Source: a virus
Taxonomy: Duplodnaviria > Caudoviricetes
DNA: 31,507 nt
Strand: one strand, 5' to 3'
Virus record (IMG/VR): IMGVR_UViG_3300049144_000016
Coordinates: 1-31,507 of that record
Shown here: piece after piece, positions 16,870-25,774 of the stretch
Layout of the letters: each line of letters begins with the position of its first letter
Numbering within the stretch: position 1 is the first letter of the stretch
Program-made: the position numbers and the translations under genes
Notes under the pieces: model-generated
What the model was told of the DNA's origin: nothing
Databases searched by the model: none
Seen by the model: the letters and a program-made list of their open reading frames with translations, nothing else

Positions 16870-17558
16870 CTACTGGGCGGGAATGCCGGTGATGCGGGCG
16901 ATGTCCTCGGGGGAGTCGGCGCGGCGCGGTGTCCGCTGCCATGCGCGGGCGAACCGCGACTCGGGGGACAGGGCCGTCACCAGGGCCAGGAAACGGCGGG
17001 TCGACATGCGGGCAAGCTCGGGCGCCGTGATGCCGTGGTCACGGGACAAGTCACCCTCGATCGCCGACCAGTGGCGGATTACCGCTTGCCAGAACTCCCG
17101 CGCTTCGGCTTCTTCCGCCTCGCGGCCCGGTTCGGGCCCGCCGCTTTTCCCTCGGCCTTGGCCGCTTCCTGTTCGTCGTGCAGCTTCGCGGCGGCCTGCA
17201 TGGTGAGGCTGCCGGGGCTGCGGACGTTGGCGACGGCGTACACCAGGACGATGCGGAATTGCCGATCCGTCATGCCCTCGCGCGCCCAGTGGTCGAGGGC
17301 GTCACGGCCGAACAGGGGCGCGAGCATGGCGCGCACGTCGTCGACGCTGGACGACTCCTGTACGCGCTCCGCCTGCAAGGTGAACATGAGCGGCAGGGAG
17401 TCGGGGAGGGTGTAGGTGCGCCCGCACACGGTGAGCGTCTGCCGTGGGCGGGCGGCCACCTCCTCGCCGAAGAACGCGTCAAAGTCGGCGGCCTCGTGTC
17501 CGTCGGGGGCCGGCGCGTCGTAGTCGTCGCCGTAGTCGTCGGCGTGGGGCCCGCTCAC
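16870..17558 (-). CDS. Tail assembly chaperone, long form via -1 frameshift at GGGAAAA (17151-17145)
   Basis: The -1 frame stays open for 91 codons (...EFWQAVIRHWSAIEGDLSRDHGITAPELARMSTRRFLALVTALSPESRF...) to TAG at 16870-16872, just before the tape measure gene. Confidence 0.85.
17079..17558 (-). CDS. Tail assembly chaperone, short form (159 aa)
   Basis: GTG 17558 overlaps the major tail stop; DFDAFF...TYTLPDSLPL; ends GK..PNRAARRK. Confidence 0.87.
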   Translation of the reverse strand: MSGPHADDYGDDYDAPAPDGHEAADFDAFFGEEVAARPRQTLTVCGRTYTLPDSLPLMFTLQAERVQESSSVDDVRAMLAPLFGRDALDHWAREGMTDRQFRIVLVYAVANVRSPGSLTMQAAAKLHDEQEAAKAEGKAAGPNRAARRKKPKRGSSGKR

Positions 17559-18025
17559 GTGGTCACCGGCATCGTGGTCGGCCACCCGTTGCGGCGGATC
17601 GTCGCGGCCCACGTGGTTTTTTCGTTGGTTCCGCCGCCCCTCTCGCCCGGCGTCATCGTGGCATCCCACACCACCCATGTCGTCTGGGACTTGTGGCGCC
17701 ACCTCACGGGGTTGTGGGAGTCGATACCGACCGCGTTCGCCCAGACGTTGTCGATGTACGCCTGTCCCGGGTCCTGGGTGCCGGTCGTCCGGTCGACGCG
17801 GTACTGACCTTCCAGGCTGAGGGACGCGCCGCGCTGCATGACGTCTTCCTCGTAGGCGCCCTCGCTCTCGAACGCGGCCGTTTCGGCCACTTCCTCGTTC
17901 TCGCCCGGGTTGACGTTGAACGTCTGAAGGCCGGCGATCGGGAGCCACGTTTCCGTTTCGGCCTCCAGGTCGCGGACCTCGAAAATCCAGCCGCGAGCGT
18001 CGATGGGGCGCGTGGATGTTGCCAT
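17555..18025 (-). CDS. Major tail (tube) protein
   Basis: AAGGAG RBS; position; W..I.GL, SLSLEG, DPGQ motifs. Confidence 0.88.
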   Translation of the reverse strand: MATSTRPIDARGWIFEVRDLEAETETWLPIAGLQTFNVNPGENEEVAETAAFESEGAYEEDVMQRGASLSLEGQYRVDRTTGTQDPGQAYIDNVWANAVGIDSHNPVRWRHKSQTTWVVWDATMTPGERGGGTNEKTTWAATIRRNGWPTTMPVTT

Positions 18026-18030
18026 GGGTG

Positions 18031-18450
18031 CTACTCCTTACGGGGCGAAGGGGGGGCCGCTATGTCAAGGGCGGCGTTTGTGACGTGCTCGTGCCGCCCG
18101 GCGCTGTCGGCACCCATCGGCGAGGGGCGCGGCGCGGTCGCCAACACCAGCCATGTCCCGTCCGGCAACTGGACGCCGGCGAGGCCGTGCAGCGCGTCGC
18201 GGAGGGCGAGGCATCGTTGTTCGGATACGCGGGGGTCGGCGGTGCCGCGCACGCGGATCTGTAGGCGCGCGGTGTCGGCGTCGTCGCGGGCCTCCGGGGT
18301 CGCGTCGCCGTACAGGGTGAGGGCGACGGCCTCGCCCGGGGTGGGCGGCATCGTCCCGACGAACGTGTCCCCGCTGGTGCCGGTCGGGTCGTAGGTGATC
18401 AGGCCATGGGCGGCGAGGTATCGGGCGATCCCGTCGACGACGTCAGTCAC
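18031..18450 (-). CDS. Tail terminator
   Basis: MPPTP..AVALTLYG, LQIRVRG, G.D..GR.E motifs; lies just before the tail tube gene. Confidence 0.82.
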   Translation of the reverse strand: MTDVVDGIARYLAAHGLITYDPTGTSGDTFVGTMPPTPGEAVALTLYGDATPEARDDADTARLQIRVRGTADPRVSEQRCLALRDALHGLAGVQLPDGTWLVLATAPRPSPMGADSAGRHEHVTNAALDIAAPPSPRKE

Positions 18451-18793
18451 GGAGCGCCCTCCGTACCTGCGCGGCGATGATCGCCTGTATGACGTCGGCT
18501 TCCTCGTTGAACGGGCCTTCGAGGAACTTGGCCGTGCGGCCGGCGTCGTGCCGTAGCGTCATGTCCTCGTGCTGCCGGACCGCATACAGGGTGTCAAAGC
18601 TGACGGCGGCGGTGCCGTTGGCCTCGTCGACAGTCACGGTGCCGGACCGTTCGAGGGTGCCCTCCTCGATCGGCACGCGGTCCCGGGAGACTCCGAGCAG
18701 ATGCTCGGCGCCGAGCCGCGCACCCCGTCCTGCTGCCTGCTGGGCGGCGCGGGTGACGGCCTGGCCGTTCCATCGGACGCGGGCGCGACTCAC
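18443..18793 (-). CDS. HK97 gp10-like neck/tail completion protein
   Basis: GTG 18793 (GTGA overlap); VPIEEGTLERSG, YAVRQHE, KFLE motifs. Confidence 0.85.
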   Translation of the reverse strand: MSRARVRWNGQAVTRAAQQAAGRGARLGAEHLLGVSRDRVPIEEGTLERSGTVTVDEANGTAAVSFDTLYAVRQHEDMTLRHDAGRTAKFLEGPFNEEADVIQAIIAAQVRRALRD

Positions 18794-19116
18794 TCGCAAC
18801 TCACCTCCGTTGACTCCGGTACCGGTAGGCCCGGCGCGGTGTGCGGCGCGGTGGCGATGACGCGCGTCGTGCGGCCGTCGGGCAGGGTGATACGGGACTC
18901 GGGCGGGCACTGGGCGGCGAGGTCCGGGCCGGCGTAGACCGTGGCCGTGCTGATCACCTGGCGGCCGTCCGGGGCCCGCACGGTGCGCACCTTCCAATCC
19001 ACCAGGGCGGGCACGTCCTCGACGGGCGGCCCGTACGTCGGCCCGTACGCGGAGTCACCCGCGTACGGCTCGACCGTGATGCGGTGCCGCAGCAACCATC
19101 CGGGGAGGTTCACCAC
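18790..19116 (-). CDS. Head-tail stopper
   Basis: Position; G..AYGP.YG and ESRITLPDG motifs. Confidence 0.82.
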   Translation of the reverse strand: MVNLPGWLLRHRITVEPYAGDSAYGPTYGPPVEDVPALVDWKVRTVRAPDGRQVISTATVYAGPDLAAQCPPESRITLPDGRTTRVIATAPHTAPGLPVPESTEVSCE

Positions 19117-19502
19117 ACCACCCCCGGCAACAGGCCGGCCCGCCGTAGGACGCGGTGCGCCCGCGGGGCGAGGTCCACATCACCCGCGGCGGCGGGGCCG
19201 TCCCGGCGGTCGCCGAGCGATACCGGGCCGAGTGAGACGCTGCCCCACCGGCCGGCGGCCCCGGTGCCGTCGTCGCCGGTCGCCTGCTGGTACTCGACCT
19301 GGGCGCACGTCGCATCGGCGAGGGCCGTGACGATGTCCGGGTCCGTCGGCATACCCGCGGCGTCGGTGTCGTAGACGGCGGACACGAGTGCGTCGTCGAC
19401 GTCCTCGGACGCGCGGGCGAGTAGCCGCTCGGCGTCGGCGGGGGCCGGTCGCCCGGTCCACGCCGTCAACTGCTCGGGGGTGGCGTAGACACGGGCGGCC
19501 AC
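19110..19502 (-). CDS. Head-tail adaptor
   Basis: YAT..QL, RLLARASEDVD, ATCAQVEY, L..AGLL motifs. Confidence 0.87.
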   Translation of the reverse strand: MAARVYATPEQLTAWTGRPAPADAERLLARASEDVDDALVSAVYDTDAAGMPTDPDIVTALADATCAQVEYQQATGDDGTGAAGRWGSVSLGPVSLGDRRDGPAAAGDVDLAPRAHRVLRRAGLLPGVVW

Positions 19503-19505
19503 GGC

Positions 19506-19895
19506 CTACCCCTCCTTGCTGCTGGTCTTGCGGCGCGGCGCGGTCTTGCGGGTGGCGGTGCGGTCCGAGGCGGCGCCGATCTCCGGGGAGACGACCGCCG
19601 GGCCGTGCGGGTTGGCCTCGCCCGCGTTGGTCGGCGGCAGGTAGTCGCCCGGCCGCGGGTCGACGGCCGCATCCCGCATCGGCGAGCCCACGCGCACGGG
19701 CTCGACGTCGCGCGGGTCGGCCGGCTCGCGCTGCTCGGGCGCGGTCTCCTCGGCCGGCCCGTCGATGCCGTACCCGCGGGCGCGGGCCCACGCGATGACG
19801 GTTTCGTCGTCGGTCTCGGCGACGCCGTTGCGGAACTCGATTCCGCCGGGGCCGGTGCCGGTGTAGTCCTTCACGGGGCTGTGGATCTTCGCCAT
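19506..19895 (-). CDS. Hypothetical virion-associated protein after the capsid gene
   Basis: ATG 19895 with GGAGGG; MAKIHSPVKDYTG..GIEFRNGVAETDD..IAW.R.RGY. Confidence 0.82.
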   Translation of the reverse strand: MAKIHSPVKDYTGTGPGGIEFRNGVAETDDETVIAWARARGYGIDGPAEETAPEQREPADPRDVEPVRVGSPMRDAAVDPRPGDYLPPTNAGEANPHGPAVVSPEIGAASDRTATRKTAPRRKTSSKEG

Positions 19896-19939
19896 GGCTG
19901 GTGTCCCTCCTCGGGGGTTGTGGCGGGTGGCGGGCGGGG

Positions 19940-20905
19940 TCAGACGACCTTGACGCCCCGCAGGACGGCGGCGGCCTTCGTGCTCTTGAGCGCGACGCCG
20001 ATGGGTCCCATCTCGACTTCGCCGGTCTTGACGGCGCCGGCGCTGTTGAAGTCGGGGAGCCACTGGGAGACCAGGTTGCCGCCGACGGTGCTGATGCCGT
20101 GGAAACCATCGAGCCCCAGACGGACGGCGTAAATGTCGGTGGTGCCGGCGGTGCTGTCGGTGGGGATGACGGGGTTGGTGGTCCCCGCGGCGGCGCCCAA
20201 GTCGATGAGCGGGGTGCCGCGCCACGTGGTGACGGTCCGGCCGAACGCGTCGAGCGTCGAGAGCTGGGAGACGTAGTCGGCGATCGACTCCAGCGCGGCG
20301 AGGGCGTCGGCGTTCATCAGGTACGCGGACGGGTCGCCGTCGAGTCGGGCCCGCAGCGCCCGAAGGTGCTTGAGCGCGGTGAGACCGGCCTCGCGGGTGG
20401 TGACGGCGGACCAGTCGGAGCCGGGGGCGCCCGCGCCGAGCACGATCTCGGTCGAGCTGCCGGCGAGGGCCTTGTCCAGGCCGTCGAACGAGTCGGCGTT
20501 CACGGCGCTGTCACCGTTGATGACGGCGTCGCTGAACGTGGCGTTGGCGGCCTTGATCTTCTGCGCCATCTGGAGCGCGACTTCGCCGGACGCGGCGGGC
20601 CCCAGCTTGGCCAGGACGCGGTCGACCTGGAAACTGCCCCCGAGTACCTTCAGTTCCGTGGTGTACCTCTGGCGGGTGACCTCGGTGGGCACGTACTCGG
20701 AGTTGATCGCGCGGAATGCGGCGGTCGGCTGGGTGACGAGACGGGTGTACCCGTAGGTGAGCGTGGCACCCCCGCCGGCGGGGTTGACGACGTCGTCGAA
20801 CGTGAGGTTGTCGAGAAGCCACGACGACTTGCGGAACTCGTCGATGACCTGGAGGTCGATGGCGTCGGTGGTGTTGAGTCGGGCCTGTGCGAGGGTGACG
20901 GGCAC
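19940..20905 (-). CDS. Major capsid protein
   Basis: MPVTLAQA, FRAINSEY, LGGSFQVDR, FDGL, KAAAVLRGVKV; follows the scaffold gene. Confidence 0.93.
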   Translation of the reverse strand: MPVTLAQARLNTTDAIDLQVIDEFRKSSWLLDNLTFDDVVNPAGGGATLTYGYTRLVTQPTAAFRAINSEYVPTEVTRQRYTTELKVLGGSFQVDRVLAKLGPAASGEVALQMAQKIKAANATFSDAVINGDSAVNADSFDGLDKALAGSSTEIVLGAGAPGSDWSAVTTREAGLTALKHLRALRARLDGDPSAYLMNADALAALESIADYVSQLSTLDAFGRTVTTWRGTPLIDLGAAAGTTNPVIPTDSTAGTTDIYAVRLGLDGFHGISTVGGNLVSQWLPDFNSAGAVKTGEVEMGPIGVALKSTKAAAVLRGVKVV

Positions 20906-20923
20906 GGCGGTTCTCCTGTCGGG

Positions 20924-21616
20924 TTATCCGCCCAGACGGGCGGCGATTGCGTCGGTGAGGTTGGTGGGCTGCTGGCCGGCCGGCGGCCCGGTGAACTCGG
21001 CGCCCGCACGGTGCGGCGCGGTCTGGGCGGCAAGGTGCGGGTTGGCCTGCACGGCGGCCGTGATCGCCGCCTTCACCGCTTCGGCGTCGCCCGGGTCGAC
21101 CTGGGCGAGTGCGGCCATGGCCGACTGACTGTCGAGCAGGGCGACGACGTCGGCGCCGGCGGCGGGCGCGGCCGTGATCATGGCGCGCATCGTGGCGGCC
21201 TGCCGGGTGGCGTCCTGGCCGGTGTTGATGGCGCGCTGTGCCCACTGCGGGAGCCGGGACACGTCGCCCTCGGGGACCGCGGCGGGCTCGGCCTGCTGGG
21301 CGGTCTCCTTGGCGCGCTGCCGGTACTTCGCGGCCTCGGCGCGGGCCTCGCGGATCTCGTCCTGTGCCCACTGGGGGAGGCTGGCAACGTCCTGCGGCTC
21401 GCCCTGCTGCTGCGGCTGCTGGGGGTCGCCCTGCTGCTGCGGCGCGGCGGGCTGCGCCGGCTGCTGCACGTGGGCGGCCGGCACGGCGGTGACCGTGCCC
21501 GGCGGCGTGGTCGGCTGCGGCGGCGCGGCCGGTGCCGCCGGGGCACCCTGCGCGCTCGGCGCGGTCGAGGACGGGGCGGCGGGTGCCGCCGCGGCGGTCG
21601 GGGTCGGGGTCGACAT
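20924..21616 (-). CDS. Capsid scaffolding protein
   Basis: Pro/Gln-rich N-terminus; REARAEAAKYR; duplicated DV..LPQWAQ; C-terminal L.DAIAA.L. Confidence 0.88.
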   Translation of the reverse strand: MSTPTPTAAAAPAAPSSTAPSAQGAPAAPAAPPQPTTPPGTVTAVPAAHVQQPAQPAAPQQQGDPQQPQQQGEPQDVASLPQWAQDEIREARAEAAKYRQRAKETAQQAEPAAVPEGDVSRLPQWAQRAINTGQDATRQAATMRAMITAAPAAGADVVALLDSQSAMAALAQVDPGDAEAVKAAITAAVQANPHLAAQTAPHRAGAEFTGPPAGQQPTNLTDAIAARLGG

Positions 21617-21619
21617 GGG

Positions 21620-21713
21620 GGCCTCCCGGGCCTGTGTCGGGGTGGCGGGCGCGCCTGGCGCCTGCCGTGTCGGAACATGCGAAACGGCCCCCTGCGCCTG
21701 GCGGGGGGCCGTT
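21620..21713 (-). promoter_or_regulatory. Three hairpins with CRGGM pentaloops in the scaffold leader
   Basis: 21713-21683 loop CAGGC; 21666-21644 loop CAGGC; 21632-21620 loop CGGGA overlapping the GGAGG SD. Confidence 0.6.
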
Positions 21714-21740
21714 CCTGGGGTCGTGCTGGTCTGTGGGGTG

Positions 21741-21920
21741 CTACGCGTCGCCGCCCTGCTCGGTGAGCGGTCGGGCTTCGGCGTAGCCGCGGAACCACGC
21801 CCTACGGAGTAGGGACGTGACGGGGTACGGGCACGGGGTCACGTGGTCGCCTTGGCCGTCGTGGTCGCCTGCCTCGCGGCCGGCTGTGATCGCCCTGGCG
21901 ACGTCCTCGCGCTCTCCCAT
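21741..21920 (-). CDS. RMF/CrpP-fold small protein (59 aa), absent from the ORF track
   Basis: AGGGGG RBS; ATG 10 nt after the minor capsid stop; MGEREDVARAITAGREAGDHDGQGDHVTPCPYPVTSLLRRAWFRGYAEARPLTEQGGDA carries the RA...G..AG / CPY / R..W..G pattern of RMF. Confidence 0.8.
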   Translation of the reverse strand: MGEREDVARAITAGREAGDHDGQGDHVTPCPYPVTSLLRRAWFRGYAEARPLTEQGGDA

Positions 21921-21930
21921 ACGTCCCCCT

Positions 21931-24288
21931 TCATCGCTTCAACTGCTGGCCTCGGGCGTTCATCTTCGCGCCCGCGGCCCACCGTTGCGTAACGCCGGTC
22001 AATTCCTCGATGAACTCTGCTTGCGACTTGCGCGGGTTGGACTCCCACCATTCTTTGAGTTCATCGGATGCGCGGGCGTAGGCGATATGCGCGGGGCCAG
22101 CGAACAGAGACTCGATGCTGTGCCCCTTGTCCCTGTTCTTCGCGTTGAACAACTGCCCGTTGGTCGCCTCCTCGGCGGCGGCGGCCTGCTGCCAAATCCA
22201 CTCCGTGTAGAGCTGGCGGGCCTCCCTGCGCGTGAGCTTCTTGAGCCCTGCGCGCTCCTGGACGCTCTGCCCGATGCCGGCCTGTTCGGCGGCGTAGGCA
22301 CGGGCGAGGCGCTCCTCGAACGACAGCTCGGGGTCATCGTCGGCGTCCGGATCACGCGAGTCTCCGAACTCCTCGGCGGCGGCCCTGCGGAGCGCGTCGA
22401 ACGCCTCGTCGTCGGCGTACTCCCCCCACCGCTCGGGGACGGGCGCGGGGTCGAGGACGTCGGCGAGGGCGGCGCGGTCGACGAGTAGGTCGGCCACGCT
22501 GTTGCCCGTGTCGGCCGGCGGCGGTAGGTCGACCGGCTCGCGGCGGTCCATCTCCGCGGCGATGCGCAGTATCTCGCTGCTGTCGGCGTACTGCATTGCC
22601 CACGCGAGGGCGTCATCCCCCACGGCCGTAAGGTCCGCGGCGAGGGTGCCGCCCGGGAACAGGTCGGCGAGCATGTCGCGGCGGTGTGCCTCCGCGGCGA
22701 GGGCGGCGACGTCGTCGGTGCCATGGGCGAGGGCTTCCCGCACGCGGGCGGCGAGGACGTCATCGGACAGGCCGACAAGATCGGCGCGCACCCCAGGGAG
22801 TCGGGCGGCGACGTCACGGCGGTTCATCTCGGCGGCGATCCTGAGCGCGTCGGTGGTGTCGACGTGGGCGAGGATGCGGCCCAGCTCGTCATCACTGAAC
22901 ACGGTGAGATCGTCGGCGAGGCGCCCGCCGGGTGCGGCGCGGTCGAGCAGGGCGGCGGCGTCCCGGCGGTCGGCTTCCTGCTCGATGCGGCGGCGGGCGC
23001 GGTCGTCGAGCAGGGTCGACCGCATGGCGGCGGCGAGGTCGTCGTCAGACATGGCGCGGACTGACGCGTCGTCGCCGGACCATACGCGGGCGGCCTCGAT
23101 CTGCTCGGGCGTCGGCGGTGCGGGCGGGGGCGTGCCGTCCCTGCGGGCCCGCGCGGTCTGCTCGGGCGGTAGGTTGCTGGCGCCTTCCTGCTCGCGGTGC
23201 CGGAGCCGGCGCAAGTCGGGGTGTGCGGCGAGGTGGTCGCGCATCGCGGCTTGCCACTGGCGCACCTTGCCCTCGGCGGCGCGTCTGCCCTCCGGGGTGG
23301 TCGCGGCGGCGGCGCGCCGCTTGTACTGGCGTATGTGCCGCTCGATCTCGCGTTGCCGCTGCCCGGCCTCGTACCCGTCCGGGTCCGGCTCGGCGCGGTC
23401 CGTGCGGCTGATGCCCGGGGTGTACGCGCTGACGCTGTGGCGACAGTTCGGGTGTTGGAGTCCGGCGCGGCGGGCCTCGTCGAGACTGCCCGCGACACGG
23501 ACGCGGACCATGCGGCCGTCCTCGGTCGCGTGCTCGACCTCGACCGTGCGGGCCCCGGGCGGCCCGGTGAGGGTCAACACCTGGCCTTCCCACGGGCGAC
23601 ACAGCGGGCACTCACGGGGCGCGTTGGACACCGTAACCAGGTCGATACCGGCGTCGGTGAGCGCGCGGGTGTGGGCCTCCGTGGCGGCACGGGCGACGGA
23701 CGTACGTACGGCCATCTCGGCATAGCTGGTGAGCTGCCAACGGCGGCCGGACCGGTCCCGGAACGTGGTGACGCCCTCGTCGGCCCACCTGCGCATAGCG
23801 TCCTGCGTGGCCTGCCGGCGGGTGCCGGTGCCCAGAAGGGGCGTGGCGGTCACCTCGGCGACCACGGCCCGGAACCGGTCCACGATGGTCCGCAGGATCG
23901 ACCGGTGCCGGTCGGTGAGAACCGTAACGGTCTCCTGGGCGAGGCGGTCGACGGCCTGCGCGTTCGGCGTGACGTCGTCGACCATGCGGCGCGCGTCGTC
24001 CGAGAGTGCGCCTATCTCGGCGACGGCGGCGCGGTGCCCGGTGTTGTACGCCTCCGCGACCGCGTCGTGTACGTCGAGCGTCACCGCCTTGCCCAGCTCG
24101 TCGACAACGGCCTGTGACGCGCGCCGTAGGGCCTGCACGGCGCTGAGCTTCCGCTCGGCCCACGACGGCGCGTCAAGGTCGGCGGCGAGGCTGCGCGCGA
24201 TGATGCCCAACAGTCGCTCCTCGGCCTGCGCGTACAGGTCACGCGTCCGCTCGGCGAGGGGTTCCACCATGCCCGGATGGATCGGCAC
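21931..24288 (-). CDS. Minor capsid (MuF-like) protein with about 400-aa C-terminal extension
   Basis: Follows the portal; DRSGRRW.L.SYAEMAVRT, CPLCRPWEG, GLQHPNCRHS, QR.IER.IR; then four repeats and a distinct terminal domain. Confidence 0.9.
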   Translation of the reverse strand: MPIHPGMVEPLAERTRDLYAQAEERLLGIIARSLAADLDAPSWAERKLSAVQALRRASQAVVDELGKAVTLDVHDAVAEAYNTGHRAAVAEIGALSDDARRMVDDVTPNAQAVDRLAQETVTVLTDRHRSILRTIVDRFRAVVAEVTATPLLGTGTRRQATQDAMRRWADEGVTTFRDRSGRRWQLTSYAEMAVRTSVARAATEAHTRALTDAGIDLVTVSNAPRECPLCRPWEGQVLTLTGPPGARTVEVEHATEDGRMVRVRVAGSLDEARRAGLQHPNCRHSVSAYTPGISRTDRAEPDPDGYEAGQRQREIERHIRQYKRRAAAATTPEGRRAAEGKVRQWQAAMRDHLAAHPDLRRLRHREQEGASNLPPEQTARARRDGTPPPAPPTPEQIEAARVWSGDDASVRAMSDDDLAAAMRSTLLDDRARRRIEQEADRRDAAALLDRAAPGGRLADDLTVFSDDELGRILAHVDTTDALRIAAEMNRRDVAARLPGVRADLVGLSDDVLAARVREALAHGTDDVAALAAEAHRRDMLADLFPGGTLAADLTAVGDDALAWAMQYADSSEILRIAAEMDRREPVDLPPPADTGNSVADLLVDRAALADVLDPAPVPERWGEYADDEAFDALRRAAAEEFGDSRDPDADDDPELSFEERLARAYAAEQAGIGQSVQERAGLKKLTRREARQLYTEWIWQQAAAAEEATNGQLFNAKNRDKGHSIESLFAGPAHIAYARASDELKEWWESNPRKSQAEFIEELTGVTQRWAAGAKMNARGQQLKR

Positions 24289-24304
24289 GGCTCACCCCCT
24301 CGCG

Positions 24305-25774
24305 TCACATCGGGAACGTCCCGGCGGGGTCCGGTGCGGCTCCGGTCTCCGCGAGAATCGCGGACACCTCGGCTTCGACGTCCTCGTCCGGCCAGTCGGG
24401 GTGCAGCATCTTCACCTTGGTCGCGGTCGACACGGCGCCCGCGCGGGCGAGTAGGTCGAGCGTCGTGGCGGTCTGCTGCGGGCTCTCCGCCACTCCGTCC
24501 CCGAACTCGACGCGGGGCCGTTCGGGCGTGATGCCGCGGGTGAACAAGCGCGCGTCCACCTGCAACATCACATGCAGCATGTCGGCCACACCGTGCCGGG
24601 CGTAGCCGGTCTTCTTCTTCCTGGTGCGCATGCCGCGTGCGGTGCGCGCGTCCACCTCGGTCGCGGTGACGGGCTGGCCGTCGCCGTCAAGGCCGAACGC
24701 GGCGGCGTCGTAACCGGCGGTCTGTATGGCCTGGCGGACGATGGCGTCTGAGGTGCGCTGGTGCTCGTCGACGCGGATGGCGAACTGGTTCAACGTGATG
24801 CCGGCGCCCTGGTTCGGCGGCATCTTGAGGCCGTGCCACACCTCGCGGTCGTCGTCGAACGATGCGCCCTGCCCGGGGCCCTCGCTGCGGAGGTAACCGT
24901 CTGGGACGATAAGGCGGGCGCGGGCGAGGCGAATGTCCCGCATCCATGACGTCCATGTCTCGTCGAGACTGTCGAACAGGTCGTGTACGCCCTGGTAGTC
25001 GCTGCGGCCGATGGGCGCGGTGCGGTGCAGCCGGTTGGGCAACATGTTGGGGATGTACGCGGCGGTGAGCTGCGGTATCCCGGTGGCCATGCTGTCGCCG
25101 GTGGTGTCGAGGGTGGCGGCGATGTCGGCGGTGTCGGGGTGCTCGGTGAGCGGTACGCGCCGGCCGATGCTGGCGGCGGTCCCCTCGTACAGGGCGTGCT
25201 CGATGTGGCCCGGTATGTGCCGCTCGATGTGCCGCCATACGCGGGTGTTCGTCGACCCCTCCAGCTCCCGCCAGAACATGACGGCCCTGAGCAGGCCGAA
25301 TCGGAACTCGGGGATAGCCGCGTCGGGCTGCATGACGGTGAGCAGGGGCCGCGGTGCGAGGTCGCGGTCCCACGTGACGCGGAGGAACACGCCACTGAGG
25401 GCGGCGGCCTGCTCCGCGGCGCCGAGCAGGGTCTCTTGGACGTGGCCCTCGTCGAGCAGGACGTTAAGCCGGTCCTGTGTCGCGGTGTCGCTGACGGTGA
25501 TGGTGGGCATGTCCGCGAACAACAGGTCGGCGCTGGTGCGGGCGATGTCGCCGGGCAACGGGACGTGCAGCCGCGTTTCCCTGGTCGGCACCCGCAACTC
25601 CGCCGAGCGGCGGCCCCAGAGTTTCCGGCGCTCGCGCACCTCCGGGTGGCGGCCGTAGACGCGGGCGAGGCGCGCCCGGTCTCCGGAGTACCACGCATCA
25701 TCGACTTCCATGGCGCGGTAGTACGGGGCCCACTGCGGCGGCGGCCACGCGGTCCCGTTTTCAGGCAGTGCCAT
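24305..25774 (-). CDS. Portal protein
   Basis: LHVPLPGDIA..SADLLF, G.SDY, SLDETWTSWMRDIRL, TATEV motifs. Confidence 0.93.
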   Translation of the reverse strand: MALPENGTAWPPPQWAPYYRAMEVDDAWYSGDRARLARVYGRHPEVRERRKLWGRRSAELRVPTRETRLHVPLPGDIARTSADLLFADMPTITVSDTATQDRLNVLLDEGHVQETLLGAAEQAAALSGVFLRVTWDRDLAPRPLLTVMQPDAAIPEFRFGLLRAVMFWRELEGSTNTRVWRHIERHIPGHIEHALYEGTAASIGRRVPLTEHPDTADIAATLDTTGDSMATGIPQLTAAYIPNMLPNRLHRTAPIGRSDYQGVHDLFDSLDETWTSWMRDIRLARARLIVPDGYLRSEGPGQGASFDDDREVWHGLKMPPNQGAGITLNQFAIRVDEHQRTSDAIVRQAIQTAGYDAAAFGLDGDGQPVTATEVDARTARGMRTRKKKTGYARHGVADMLHVMLQVDARLFTRGITPERPRVEFGDGVAESPQQTATTLDLLARAGAVSTATKVKMLHPDWPDEDVEAEVSAILAETGAAPDPAGTFPM

